53,169 bases of DNA from Rhodospirillaceae bacterium. GTDB lineage: Bacteria > Pseudomonadota > Gammaproteobacteria > Burkholderiales > SG8-41. Both the position numbers and the translations under genes were made by a program. Below, in pieces: positions 20,959 through 30,135 of the stretch (its first letter is position 1; each line of letters opens with the position of its first letter). Below the pieces are notes generated by a model that was given only the letters and a program-made list of their open reading frames with translations, did no database searches and was not told the DNA's origin. The stretch is from positions 1 through 53,169 of the forward strand of contig JBLNBW010000208.1 of assembly GCA_050260255.1 (NCBI GenBank), read 5' to 3'.

Positions 20959-23900
20959 CCCGCTTTAGTCGGTGTTGACATCGCTTGTCTCACCTTCGCT
21001 AGCGGCATACGAACGCGCATTTTGTGCTCGCGCAGTTGCTGCTGCAGTCCCGGGCGTCCGTCGAATTGCTTGGTCTTCGCTTCCGCAATCACCAGCCCCG
21101 CTTCGTCAGCCGCCTCGCCCTGCACCTCGCGGCCGGGTTCTCCTGGAATCTGCCCCTGCTGCTCCGGGTCGGGCTGCGGCTCTTGTCCCTGCTGGCGATT
21201 CGGCTGCCGCGGCGCTTGTCCTTGCTGTGCAGCGTCCGGCAGTGCGGGCGCGTGCGCCGGTGTCGCCGGACGATCCCCAGCGCCCTTGTCGCCGACATGG
21301 AAGCGGAACAGCGATTCGACTTCGTTGCCGCTCGAGTCGCGGGCGATCACCTTGATCTGCAATTCGCCCTGGAAGTTTTGAGGCGGCTTACCTTCGAACA
21401 CGCCGGTCGTGCCGTTGAACGTGAGCCACGGTGGCAGCGGTGTGCCGTCCGCCATCTGCGCGGCAAGCGTGAGCCTCTCGCCCGGATTCGTGTGCATGAA
21501 GGTGCCTTCGGGCACAGCGAACTTCGCTTCGCCGTTGCGCTCGGCGAACTGATCCGGAATCGGATTGGCGACGGTAAGCGACGGCGGCTCCGGCGGCGGC
21601 GCGCTCTGCTTGACTACGATCTCGGTCGGAATGAACGGCTGCTGGGCAGGCAATGCCGGCGGCGGCGGAGAAGGCACGACCGTAGGCGGAACGATGACGA
21701 CCGCGACCGGCGGTTGAGGCTTGGGCTTGTCGTCGTTCGGTGTCAGCGACGTCGCCTTGCCGTCCGCGTCGTACACGATGCCGGTGCCATCATCGACGAG
21801 CGTGGCTACGCCCTCCGCCGACCGTCCGCCGGTATTCGTTGCCGTAAGTTGGAGTGTTTCCGCGCCCTCGTACTGACCGTCGTCGACGATGGCGGTGCGT
21901 ACCAGGAGTTTCGTGCCGCTTGCCGGTATGCGGATGAAGCTGTTCGGCGCGTAATCGACCCATGACGTGCCGTCGAAGTACTGCAGCGGCACTCCCGCGC
22001 CGGCATCGGCCGTATCTATGCCCAGCGTCGCGTCGACGTCCCCTGCGGTCGCCGTATTGCCGAGCGCCAGCTTCACCTGCTGCCCCGGGCTGCCGGTCAC
22101 CGTGAACACCGCATACGGCGAGGCTTCGTTCACCGTGATCGAGTTCACCGACAGCGGACGATCGTCATCCTTCGGGGTCGTGTCATCCGTCGTCGGTCCA
22201 CCGTTCGGATCGTTGGGATACAGCACCCCCGTGCCGTCGTCGACGATGGTGCCCACACCTGCGGCGCCGCTGCCGCCGGTGTTCGTCGCCGTCAGCGTGA
22301 AGGTTTCTGCCCCTTCATACACAGCGTCCTGCTTGATGGTCGTACGCACCAGCATCGTCGCACCCGGCATCGTGACGTAACTGCCGGCGGTGTAATCCAC
22401 CCAGGCGGTACCGTTGTAGTACTGCAGCGCGGTTCCGGTGTCGGTTCCCAGCGTCGCATCGGTGTCTGTGGTCGCTGCCGTATTGCCGAGACCCAGCTTC
22501 ACTTTCTGCCCGGCGTTGCCCGTCACCGTGAACACCGCATACGGCGAGGCTTCATTCACGGTGATCGAGTTCACCGACAGCGGACGATCATCATCCGGAG
22601 TGTTGCCGGTCGGATCGCCGTTGGGCCCGTATACGACGCCGGTTCCATCGTCGACGATCGTCGCGATGCCGGTGTTACCGAGGCCGCCGGCGTTGCTCGC
22701 GGTGAGCGTAAACGTTTCCGGCCCCTCGTAGACTCCGTCGTTGACGAGCACTGTGCGCACCAACAGCGTCGTCCCGCCTGCCGGGATGGCAACCAGACTG
22801 CCAGGCGTGTAGTCGATCCACGCCGTGCCGTTGTAGTGCTGCAGTGCGACGCCATTACCGGCGTTAGCCGTATCGATGTCCAGCACCGCGTCGACGTCGG
22901 TCGTCGCCGCCGTATTGCCCAGATCGAGCTTCACGAGCTGACCCGCCTGCCCGGTCACCGTAAACACTGCGTACGGCGAAGCTTCGTTCACGGTGATCGA
23001 ATTCACGGTAGGTGCAGGGCCGCCGCCGGACTTCAGCGAACCGTTCGCGCCGAGATCGTAAGTAGCCGACGATGAGTCACCGTCGGCGTCGGTGACCGTC
23101 TGTTGCAGCACAAGCACGCCGGCATTGAGCGTGAGGCTCAGTCCCTGCGCGGAGCTCGCCGCGTCGCGATACAAATTCTTCGACTGCGTGAAGGTCACTA
23201 CCCCGGTGCTCGCGTTCACGCTGATGCGGAGGTACTCCGTCGCGCCTACCGTGCCGACAACGTCGTTACCCACCTTGTTGAGCACGATCTGGCTGCCCTG
23301 GCCCACGCCGTCGCCATCCGCGCTCGACGTGTCGCTCGCGTCCAGCGCATACAGCCCCGAGCTCACGTTCGTGCCCGTCAGATTGAGCGCGTAGGCTATG
23401 CTGCCTGTGCCGTCCGTGCCGTAGATGCCCGTCGTCGCAAAGTGGCTGGAGAAATCCCCCGTGGCGCTCACCGCGCCGCCGCCGAGATTCGTCTCGTCCA
23501 GCGTCACCGCCACTGCCGTCGTCGGTGTCGCAGTCGCCGCGGTGGGGCCGTCATCCTTCACCTTGAACGCACCTGCCGTACCGAGGTTGAGATCGCCCGT
23601 GACGACGTCACCGTCCGCGTCCGTTACGGTTGCGCGAATCGCAATATCACTGGCATTGGCCGTGGTCAGCGTCGAGCTGTCGTCTGCGTTCGCGGTATTG
23701 CTATGCCAGATCGGCCTCAGCTGATTGAACGTGATCGCGCCGGTGGCGGTATTCACGGTAATGGTGAAGTAATTGGTGCCGCCGACGCTTCCCGTGATCG
23801 TGTTGCCCGCGAGGTTCATCACGATCTCGCTGCCTTGCCCGATGCCGTCGCCGTCGGTGTTCGACGTGTCGGACGCGTCGACCGCGTAAAGACCGGAGCC

Positions 23901-26900
23901 GACGTTCGTGCCGTTCAGAACGAGACTGTAGGATGTGGACCCCGCGCCGTCCGCGCCGTAGTTGCGTGCAGTAGTGATGTCGTCCGCAAAGCTGGCCGTT
24001 GCATCGGTGGCGAGATCCGTGTCGTCCACCGTCAGCGTGTCCCCCGTGTCAAACGTCATCGCGGAAAGCGTGGGGGTGTCATCCACGATTTCTATCGTGA
24101 CCGTCTTGGTCGCGTTCGCATTGCTCGAATCGGTGACCTTGACGTCGAACGTGTTCGTTTCCGTCGTGTTCGCGACATCGGTCGTCGCGCTCGTAAGCTG
24201 GAAACGGTAGGAAAAGGTGCCGCTGTCGTAACCCGTGAGCGTGACGGTTCCATTCGCCGTGGTGAAGCTCGATCCGACCATCCCGGAAAGACTGCCGGTC
24301 AGAACCGTATCCGCCTTACCCGGCGTCGAGAACGTGATCGATGCGATGTCGGCCAAGCCATCCGGATCGCTGACGGCAAAGTAACCGTCGAAATACTCGT
24401 ACGGGCTCGACGCGTCGCTTCCGGTAGACATCGACGACTCGTACACGGCGCCCGTCGACGGCGTAACGGAAATCGACGGTGCATCGTTGGCCGCCGTAAC
24501 GTTGATGGTGACCGTCGCCTCGCTGGAGGTGAGCGCCCCGTCGGTGATCGTGTACGTGAAGCTGTCGCCGCTCGTCGCATTCGAGCCGGGCATGTAATCC
24601 GTCGAGCCGTCGCTCTTGATGTAGAGCGTGCCGTTCGCGAGCGTCACCTGCTTCCAGCCGCTGCCGCTCGGGTGATTGGTGCTATCCGTGCTCGACGCCA
24701 GATTCGAAAACAGCACACCGTTCACGGAGGCCATCGTCAGCGCGGTAACCGTCGTTTCCGGATCCGAGTCCTGTCCTGCCGATCCGTCCGTGTCGGTGAT
24801 GACGTTCTTACCCGCGAGCAGCGTATCTTCCGTCGCCGTATAGGTGTTGTTCTTTGCCGCCGGCGCGTCATCAGCGCCGTCGATGGTGATTGTCAGCGTG
24901 GAGCTCGACGTCGCTGCCGCCGTGTCTTGCATGGTGTACGAGAATACGTCGGTCAGCGTCTGCCCGGCGCCGAGCGCCTGCACCGTCGCGTTCGTGTTAT
25001 CTACCGCATAGGTGTACGAGCCGTCGGAGCTGATCGTCAACGTGCCGTAGAGGCCCGCGATCGACGTGTTGGTGGAGACCGCCGATTCCGTATTGCCGTT
25101 CTTCGCTGCGGACTTCACTGTCTTCGTATCGCCGGCGTCCACATCCGTGTCGTTCGTCAGGACGTTACCGGTGGGGTTGACGCCCGCGCTGCCGTTCGAC
25201 GTACCGCCTGCCTCGGCGGCAGTCGCTGTGTCGGCCGTCGCTGCGGGATTGTCATCTGCCCCCTGGATAGTGACCGTGATGGTGGTCGTGTCCTTCAAAA
25301 GCGCGCTGTTCGCGCTGGCAAACTGTCCGTTGGCGACCTGGTACGTGAATACGTCGGTCAGCGTGTCGGACGACGTGCGCAGCGCCTGCACGCTCGAGTT
25401 GCCGTTGTTGACCGTGTACGTGTAGCTGCCATCGGAATGCAGCACCATGGTCCCGTACAGGCCATTGAGCGTGAGATTGGTGCTGGACGCGGCGACGAAC
25501 AGCACGTTCACGCCGGTGCCGCTAGCCGTTGCATTCTGGCTCAGCGTGATTGTCGTGCCGCTCACTGCGGTCACTGTCGTGCCGGACGCGATTCCGGTAC
25601 CTGTCACCGACATGCCGGCGGTAATACCCGTCGCCGAAGCCACGGTGATCGTGGCAGTGCCGCTCGTGGTCGACGCCGTCGTCGTTGCGTAAATCGTCGT
25701 GTCGCTCGAGTCGCTCGCAGCGCGACCCGCGATGACTTGCAGCGTACCCGTTGGCGTCGTGTCGGCAGTGGCACCGCTCGCACCGGTCCCCGTCACGACG
25801 TTCCCGGTCGGGTCCGTACCTGCCGTACCGTTGCTCACACCGCCTGCCTCGACAGCCGTAATGCTGTCCGACTTGGCGTTCGGGTCGTTCGTGCCGGAGC
25901 CGTAGACGGTGATGTACAGCGTCTTCTGATCTGTCGAGCCTGCTGCGTCAGCTACGGTGTACTTGAACGTTTCTACGAACGACTCGCCTTCGCTGAGATT
26001 CGTATTGGCATTGGTCGGCGTGTATGTATACGAGCCGTCAGACGCGAGTGTCAGCGTTCCATGACGCCCGGTGACCGTGGTGCCGGCGCTCGCGCTGAAC
26101 GACAGCGTGGTCCCGTTGGTCACGCTCGTCAGCGCATTGTTGACGACGATCGAAGTGATGTTGCCTGAACCGTCATAGGTTACCGAGCTGACCGACGTGC
26201 TGGCCGGGACGTTCGTTCCGGTCACCGTCATCCCGACCGCAATAGCGCCGCTCGGCGCAGAAATCGTCACGGTCGTGGTCCCGGTCGTCGTCGCCGACGA
26301 CACAGTACCCGATTTCATGCTCGAACTGGTCTCGGTCGTGGTGCTTGACGAATTTTTGAAGCCGATCGTGGTGTTGTTGAAGTCACTGATAACGACCCGA
26401 TTGCCGGGAGCACTAGCGTCGTAGTAGCTGTACGGCTGGCCGCTCAAAGGAATCGTACGACCGGTACTATCATAGCCACCGGTTGCCGTGATCTGCGCGC
26501 CACCGCTCGTAAACAAAGCACGCCACGTGTTATCGCTCGATACAAAGAACCACGCCTCGTCGCCGTTGCCGACCGGACTGAACGTCGTTCCCGGAACGAA
26601 GGTTAGCTGAGAAGTTACGCCACTGGTATTGACGTTGCTGACGGTAGCCGAGCCGGCCAGTCCGCTCACCGTCTTTGTTTCCCCGTTCCGGTCGACGTCC
26701 GTATCGTTCGTCAGGACATTCCCCGTCGCCTTGCTGCCCAGGGAATCAGACGACGTATATTGCGTGCCGTCCGTGAGCAACGACTCCTTCGCGGTGTTGT
26801 AATCGTCAGCGCCGACCGGATTATCGTTCGCGCCCCTGATGGTGATTGTCAGTGTCGACGTCGATGTCGTCGTGGCGTCGCTTACCGTGTAACTGAAAGT

Positions 26901-29189
26901 CTCCGTCAGCGTGTTGGTGGTAAGGCGCAGCGCCTGGACGGTAGTGTTGGTGTTGTCTACGACGTATTTGTACGTCCCGTCCTGAAGAATGCGGAGTTCG
27001 CCGTACAGGCCGAGCGCCGTCGCGTATGCCGAGGAGATGTTCGTGTGCGATGTGGTGACGCTCGTTGCGGTAGACGTCTTTGCGGTGTTGATCACCGAGC
27101 TCACGACGATGGTGTTCCCATCCGCATCCGCATCGGCCGTTTTGTTCGTATCCGATCCCCCGGTAAGCGACACGACGCCGGTCAGCACGTTGCCCGTCGG
27201 GTCGGTCCCTGCCGTTCCGTTGCTCGCACCGCCAGCCTCGACCGCCGTGTTCGTATCCGCGACGAGCGTCGGCGCATCGTTGACCGCGGTGACGTTGAGC
27301 GTAACGGTCGCCGACGTGCTCGAAGTCGCCGTGCCGTCGGTGATCTTGTATGTGAAGCTGTCGCCGGCCGCGCTGTTGGCGTTCGGCATGTACTTGAACG
27401 ACCCGTCCGACTTGAGATAACCCGTGCCGTTAGTGAGATTGAGAACCTTGTATCCCGTGTACGTGTTGCTGTCCGTGAGGCTCGAAAACGCGGTGGTAGT
27501 GCTGCCGATCGTGACGCTCGCGATCGTGAGCGACGACGTTGCCGTTTCCGTGTCCGAATCCATTCCCGCGCTCGGGTCCGCATCGGTGACGATGTTGCGG
27601 CCGGTGAGCAGCGTGTCTTCGAGGGTCGCGTACGTGTTGCTCTTCGGCACGGGCGCGTCGTTGATACCGAAGATCGTGCGCCATGTCTCCGAGCCCGAGT
27701 ACGCTCCACCCCCGATGTCGCCGTTCACCGCGTTCTGCTGCGTCGCCGACACCGCCGCGCCGTAGAGCGTCCCGCCGCTCGTCGGCCACGACGAAGCGCT
27801 CAGCGCCTGCTTGCCCCCACCCAGATTGCCCACGTACGTGTAGAAATCCGCGTACGCCTGGGTGTCGAAGTTCATCACGTAGTAATTTTCCGTGACGCCG
27901 TCCGAGTCCAGGTCGGTCTCCGGAGATAGCGCGAAATACACGTTCACGTTCGCGTTGTAGCGATTTCCCGTCGTCTGCACACCGGAAGTTCCCGTCGCCG
28001 ACTTGTTCGTTCCCGAGTCGTAGATGAGAAACATGTGCTGCGCGTCGAAGGTCGTGTTGTTCGGCCTTGTGTTGTCGGTCGCACTGCTCGAGTCGAGCGC
28101 CACGAAATAGAGCTGGTATGTGTAGTTCGACGTGTCGTTCGCCACCAGCCCCGTCGTCCCGTTGACGTCGGCCGATCGGTCGTAGCCGTTCTTCTGCACC
28201 ACGTGCACGAAGAGTCCGAACTCCGGTATGCCATCGGCGTTCATGTCGAACAGGATCTGCCCCCAGTCGACCTCGAGGTCCTTCGGCGGCGCCTTCTCCA
28301 GCCGGAACTTGACGTTGAGGACGCTGTTGCTGCTCGTGAGCATGTACTGCAGGTACGGATGCGCGCTATCGCTCACGATGTCCGGCGCAGCTGCCGTCCA
28401 ACCGCCGTCCGAAGGCGTCTTGTTCGGATCGGCCGCACGGCCTACGGTAATCCAGCCGCTGTCGCTCGGCGTGGCGGTTTCCACGCTGATCGCCTGACCG
28501 TCGATGCTGAGCACGTGGTGGTCGTTATCCACCCCCGTGCCGATAGCCTGCACGGTGGCAAGATCGTTGCTCGCCACATGCGAGAAGAGCTCGCCCTCGT
28601 CGCCCGGAGTATCCGACGCGCCGTTGAGGACCGCGTCGAATGCGTGGCCTATCTCCTCTAATAGGACTGCGACGCCGTCTTTCGCCGGCGCATTGGCGAG
28701 CCAGTCGCCATCGACGTAAAGCGTCGGCTGACCGGAAGGATCGTTGGCTGCAAACGCCCCGTGCGCGCCGGCCATTTCAGTGGAAGACCGTATATCGACG
28801 CGCAAGCCGAAGTTGTCGTCGAGGATCGCGTTCTTCAATGCGTCGGCAGCGCGGTTCCATTCGTCGTTGCCTGCATTCGCCGTGAAGATCTCAGCGAGCT
28901 TCTGACGCCAGTCGTCACGCCCGAAGAATGCCTGGAGCTGCTCGCGCACCTGCGGCTCCAGCGCCTTCACCGCTTCGCTTCCCGCAGAGGAGTTTTCGGC
29001 AGCGATTTTCAGCAGGTGGGCTCCGATATCGACCGGCGCAGTCGTATCGGCTGCATGCGTCGCAGCATCGGCGGCCGCGGCGCCGTCGAACATGAGACGG
29101 CGCTCCAGGGCGAGCGGCGCCGGACTGTTGCGTACGGGCCCACGTTTCTTTTTCCCTGCCTGTCCTTGCATACCCGCGTATGAGCTCAT
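20955..29189 (-). CDS. Giant secreted repeat protein / adhesin (2744 aa)
   Basis: N-terminal LERRLMFD, EEIGH motif, cadherin/VCBS-like repeats (NDAP, GNVLTND, YGTL...DGSYTY), two DUF5801-like repeats, three NEASPY repeats, dystroglycan-type cadherin (LPPWLTFN); Thr/Ser/Asp rich. Confidence 0.9.
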   Translation of the reverse strand: MSSYAGMQGQAGKKKRGPVRNSPAPLALERRLMFDGAAAADAATHAADTTAPVDIGAHLLKIAAENSSAGSEAVKALEPQVREQLQAFFGRDDWRQKLAEIFTANAGNDEWNRAADALKNAILDDNFGLRVDIRSSTEMAGAHGAFAANDPSGQPTLYVDGDWLANAPAKDGVAVLLEEIGHAFDAVLNGASDTPGDEGELFSHVASNDLATVQAIGTGVDNDHHVLSIDGQAISVETATPSDSGWITVGRAADPNKTPSDGGWTAAAPDIVSDSAHPYLQYMLTSSNSVLNVKFRLEKAPPKDLEVDWGQILFDMNADGIPEFGLFVHVVQKNGYDRSADVNGTTGLVANDTSNYTYQLYFVALDSSSATDNTRPNNTTFDAQHMFLIYDSGTNKSATGTSGVQTTGNRYNANVNVYFALSPETDLDSDGVTENYYVMNFDTQAYADFYTYVGNLGGGKQALSASSWPTSGGTLYGAAVSATQQNAVNGDIGGGAYSGSETWRTIFGINDAPVPKSNTYATLEDTLLTGRNIVTDADPSAGMDSDTETATSSLTIASVTIGSTTTAFSSLTDSNTYTGYKVLNLTNGTGYLKSDGSFKYMPNANSAAGDSFTYKITDGTATSSTSATVTLNVTAVNDAPTLVADTNTAVEAGGASNGTAGTDPTGNVLTGVVSLTGGSDTNKTADADADGNTIVVSSVINTAKTSTATSVTTSHTNISSAYATALGLYGELRILQDGTYKYVVDNTNTTVQALRLTTNTLTETFSYTVSDATTTSTSTLTITIRGANDNPVGADDYNTAKESLLTDGTQYTSSDSLGSKATGNVLTNDTDVDRNGETKTVSGLAGSATVSNVNTSGVTSQLTFVPGTTFSPVGNGDEAWFFVSSDNTWRALFTSGGAQITATGGYDSTGRTIPLSGQPYSYYDASAPGNRVVISDFNNTTIGFKNSSSTTTETSSSMKSGTVSSATTTGTTTVTISAPSGAIAVGMTVTGTNVPASTSVSSVTYDGSGNITSIVVNNALTSVTNGTTLSFSASAGTTVTGRHGTLTLASDGSYTYTPTNANTNLSEGESFVETFKYTVADAAGSTDQKTLYITVYGSGTNDPNAKSDSITAVEAGGVSNGTAGTDPTGNVVTGTGASGATADTTPTGTLQVIAGRAASDSSDTTIYATTTASTTSGTATITVASATGITAGMSVTGTGIASGTTVTAVSGTTITLSQNATASGTGVNVLFVAASSTNLTLNGLYGTMVLHSDGSYTYTVNNGNSSVQALRTSSDTLTDVFTYQVANGQFASANSALLKDTTTITVTIQGADDNPAATADTATAAEAGGTSNGSAGVNPTGNVLTNDTDVDAGDTKTVKSAAKNGNTESAVSTNTSIAGLYGTLTISSDGSYTYAVDNTNATVQALGAGQTLTDVFSYTMQDTAAATSSSTLTITIDGADDAPAAKNNTYTATEDTLLAGKNVITDTDGSAGQDSDPETTVTALTMASVNGVLFSNLASSTDSTNHPSGSGWKQVTLANGTLYIKSDGSTDYMPGSNATSGDSFTYTITDGALTSSEATVTINVTAANDAPSISVTPSTGAVYESSMSTGSDASSPYEYFDGYFAVSDPDGLADIASITFSTPGKADTVLTGSLSGMVGSSFTTANGTVTLTGYDSGTFSYRFQLTSATTDVANTTETNTFDVKVTDSSNANATKTVTIEIVDDTPTLSAMTFDTGDTLTVDDTDLATDATASFADDITTARNYGADGAGSTSYSLVLNGTNVGSGLYAVDASDTSNTDGDGIGQGSEIVMNLAGNTITGSVGGTNYFTITVNTATGAITFNQLRPIWHSNTANADDSSTLTTANASDIAIRATVTDADGDVVTGDLNLGTAGAFKVKDDGPTAATATPTTAVAVTLDETNLGGGAVSATGDFSSHFATTGIYGTDGTGSIAYALNLTGTNVSSGLYALDASDTSSADGDGVGQGSQIVLNKVGNDVVGTVGATEYLRISVNASTGVVTFTQSKNLYRDAASSAQGLSLTLNAGVLVLQQTVTDADGDSSSATYDLGANGSLKSGGGPAPTVNSITVNEASPYAVFTVTGQAGQLVKLDLGNTAATTDVDAVLDIDTANAGNGVALQHYNGTAWIDYTPGSLVAIPAGGTTLLVRTVLVNDGVYEGPETFTLTASNAGGLGNTGIATIVDDGTGVVYGPNGDPTGNTPDDDRPLSVNSITVNEASPYAVFTVTGNAGQKVKLGLGNTAATTDTDATLGTDTGTALQYYNGTAWVDYTAGSYVTMPGATMLVRTTIKQDAVYEGAETFTLTATNTGGSGAAGVGTIVDDGTGVLYPNDPNGGPTTDDTTPKDDDRPLSVNSITVNEASPYAVFTVTGSPGQQVKLALGNTATAGDVDATLGIDTADAGAGVPLQYFDGTSWVDYAPNSFIRIPASGTKLLVRTAIVDDGQYEGAETLQLTATNTGGRSAEGVATLVDDGTGIVYDADGKATSLTPNDDKPKPQPPVAVVIVPPTVVPSPPPPALPAQQPFIPTEIVVKQSAPPPEPPSLTVANPIPDQFAERNGEAKFAVPEGTFMHTNPGERLTLAAQMADGTPLPPWLTFNGTTGVFEGKPPQNFQGELQIKVIARDSSGNEVESLFRFHVGDKGAGDRPATPAHAPALPDAAQQGQAPRQPNRQQGQEPQPDPEQQGQIPGEPGREVQGEAADEAGLVIAEAKTKQFDGRPGLQQQLREHKMRVRMPLAKVRQAMSTPTKAG
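21727..23013 (-). repeat. Three tandem ~140-aa repeats (VNSITVNEASPYAVFTVTG...IVDDGTG) within the giant protein
   Basis: Near-identical DNA blocks around 22100-22160, 22525-22585 and 22955-23010. Confidence 0.9.
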
Positions 29190-29222
29190 GCGGCACCTGT
29201 GTAAGGTTGTAGTCGTGCCCGC

Positions 29223-30023
29223 TCAGCGCGACGCGCTCGCAGACGAGAAGGAAGCCCGGCCGCTCATGCCGGCGATCAGCTCCGGGAAGTGGCCGTCGAT
29301 GACCGCGGAGATCTTCACCGATTGGCTCACCGCATCGACCCGCGCACCGACGCGCTGGACTTTCGCCGGATACGTGCGTCCGGTCTCGTCGATACGCACG
29401 CGGAACGCCTGCCCCGTCCTGAGCCACGACAGCCACCGGGAAGGGACAATGAATTCGAGTTCGAGCGCGCTGTCGTCGATGATTTCGAGAAGCGCCTGCC
29501 CCGGCTGAACGAATTGCTGCTCGCGCGCTTTCTGCTCCGCGACGCGCCCGCCGAAGGGCGCGGTGATGTTGCACTTGGAGACATAAGCCGTCGATGAATC
29601 GAGCTCCGCCTTGTTCTTTTCCATCTCGGCCTTCGATACGTCGAGCTCCAGTTTGCCGACGGCGTTGAGCTCGGCGAGGCGGACGTTGGCTTCCCAGGTC
29701 CGCGCCGCAGCGCTGTACGCCGCTTCCGCTTTTTGCATTTGCGCGGACTGTATGCTGCAGTCGAAAGCGACGATGACGTCGCCTTCCCTGAAGCGCCCCC
29801 CTTCGGGAACAGGCAGCCGGTTGATCTTTGCGCCGATCTCGGCGGCAAGGGTCGTGTAGCGGCGCGGCAGCAATTGCGCGCGTATCGATTGGCCGGAACT
29901 CGCCGGCGCGGTGGTCTCGGTCTGCGAACCCGACTGGCCGACCGATTGCGCGGCCAGCGGGCCAGCAGCGCAGTACAGGCTGGTGAAAACGAAAATTGTG
30001 GCGAGTGTCTTCATTGTAGTCAT
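29223..30023 (-). CDS. Periplasmic adaptor (RND-type membrane fusion protein)
   Basis: Signal-like N-terminus, LAAEIGAKI..EGGRFREGD, ITAPFGGRV, VDAVSQSVK, LIAGMSG. Confidence 0.87.
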   Translation of the reverse strand: MTTMKTLATIFVFTSLYCAAGPLAAQSVGQSGSQTETTAPASSGQSIRAQLLPRRYTTLAAEIGAKINRLPVPEGGRFREGDVIVAFDCSIQSAQMQKAEAAYSAAARTWEANVRLAELNAVGKLELDVSKAEMEKNKAELDSSTAYVSKCNITAPFGGRVAEQKAREQQFVQPGQALLEIIDDSALELEFIVPSRWLSWLRTGQAFRVRIDETGRTYPAKVQRVGARVDAVSQSVKISAVIDGHFPELIAGMSGRASFSSASASR

Positions 30024-30135
30024 TCACTCATGCCGTGCACGCGATGTGTGCACGACGGCATCCCGTTGTCCATTGCACTCCTCGATCAGAGTAGGAGTGC
30101 CGCTTCGCGCAGCTACGCCTGAGCTCTTGTGACGT

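Noticed and set aside
21727-23013. CRISPR or mobile-element interpretation of the direct repeats
   Set aside because: The repeats are in-frame ~420-bp coding domains; there is no spacer pattern and no cas or transposase gene.
23103-26168. 1021-aa + strand ORF, and other long antisense ORFs such as 3248..4960, 7905..9539, 30865..32166, 34392..35678 and 43423..45294
   Set aside because: They lie opposite well-supported genes, are Arg/Ala-rich with no motifs, and are typical shadow ORFs of high-GC DNA.
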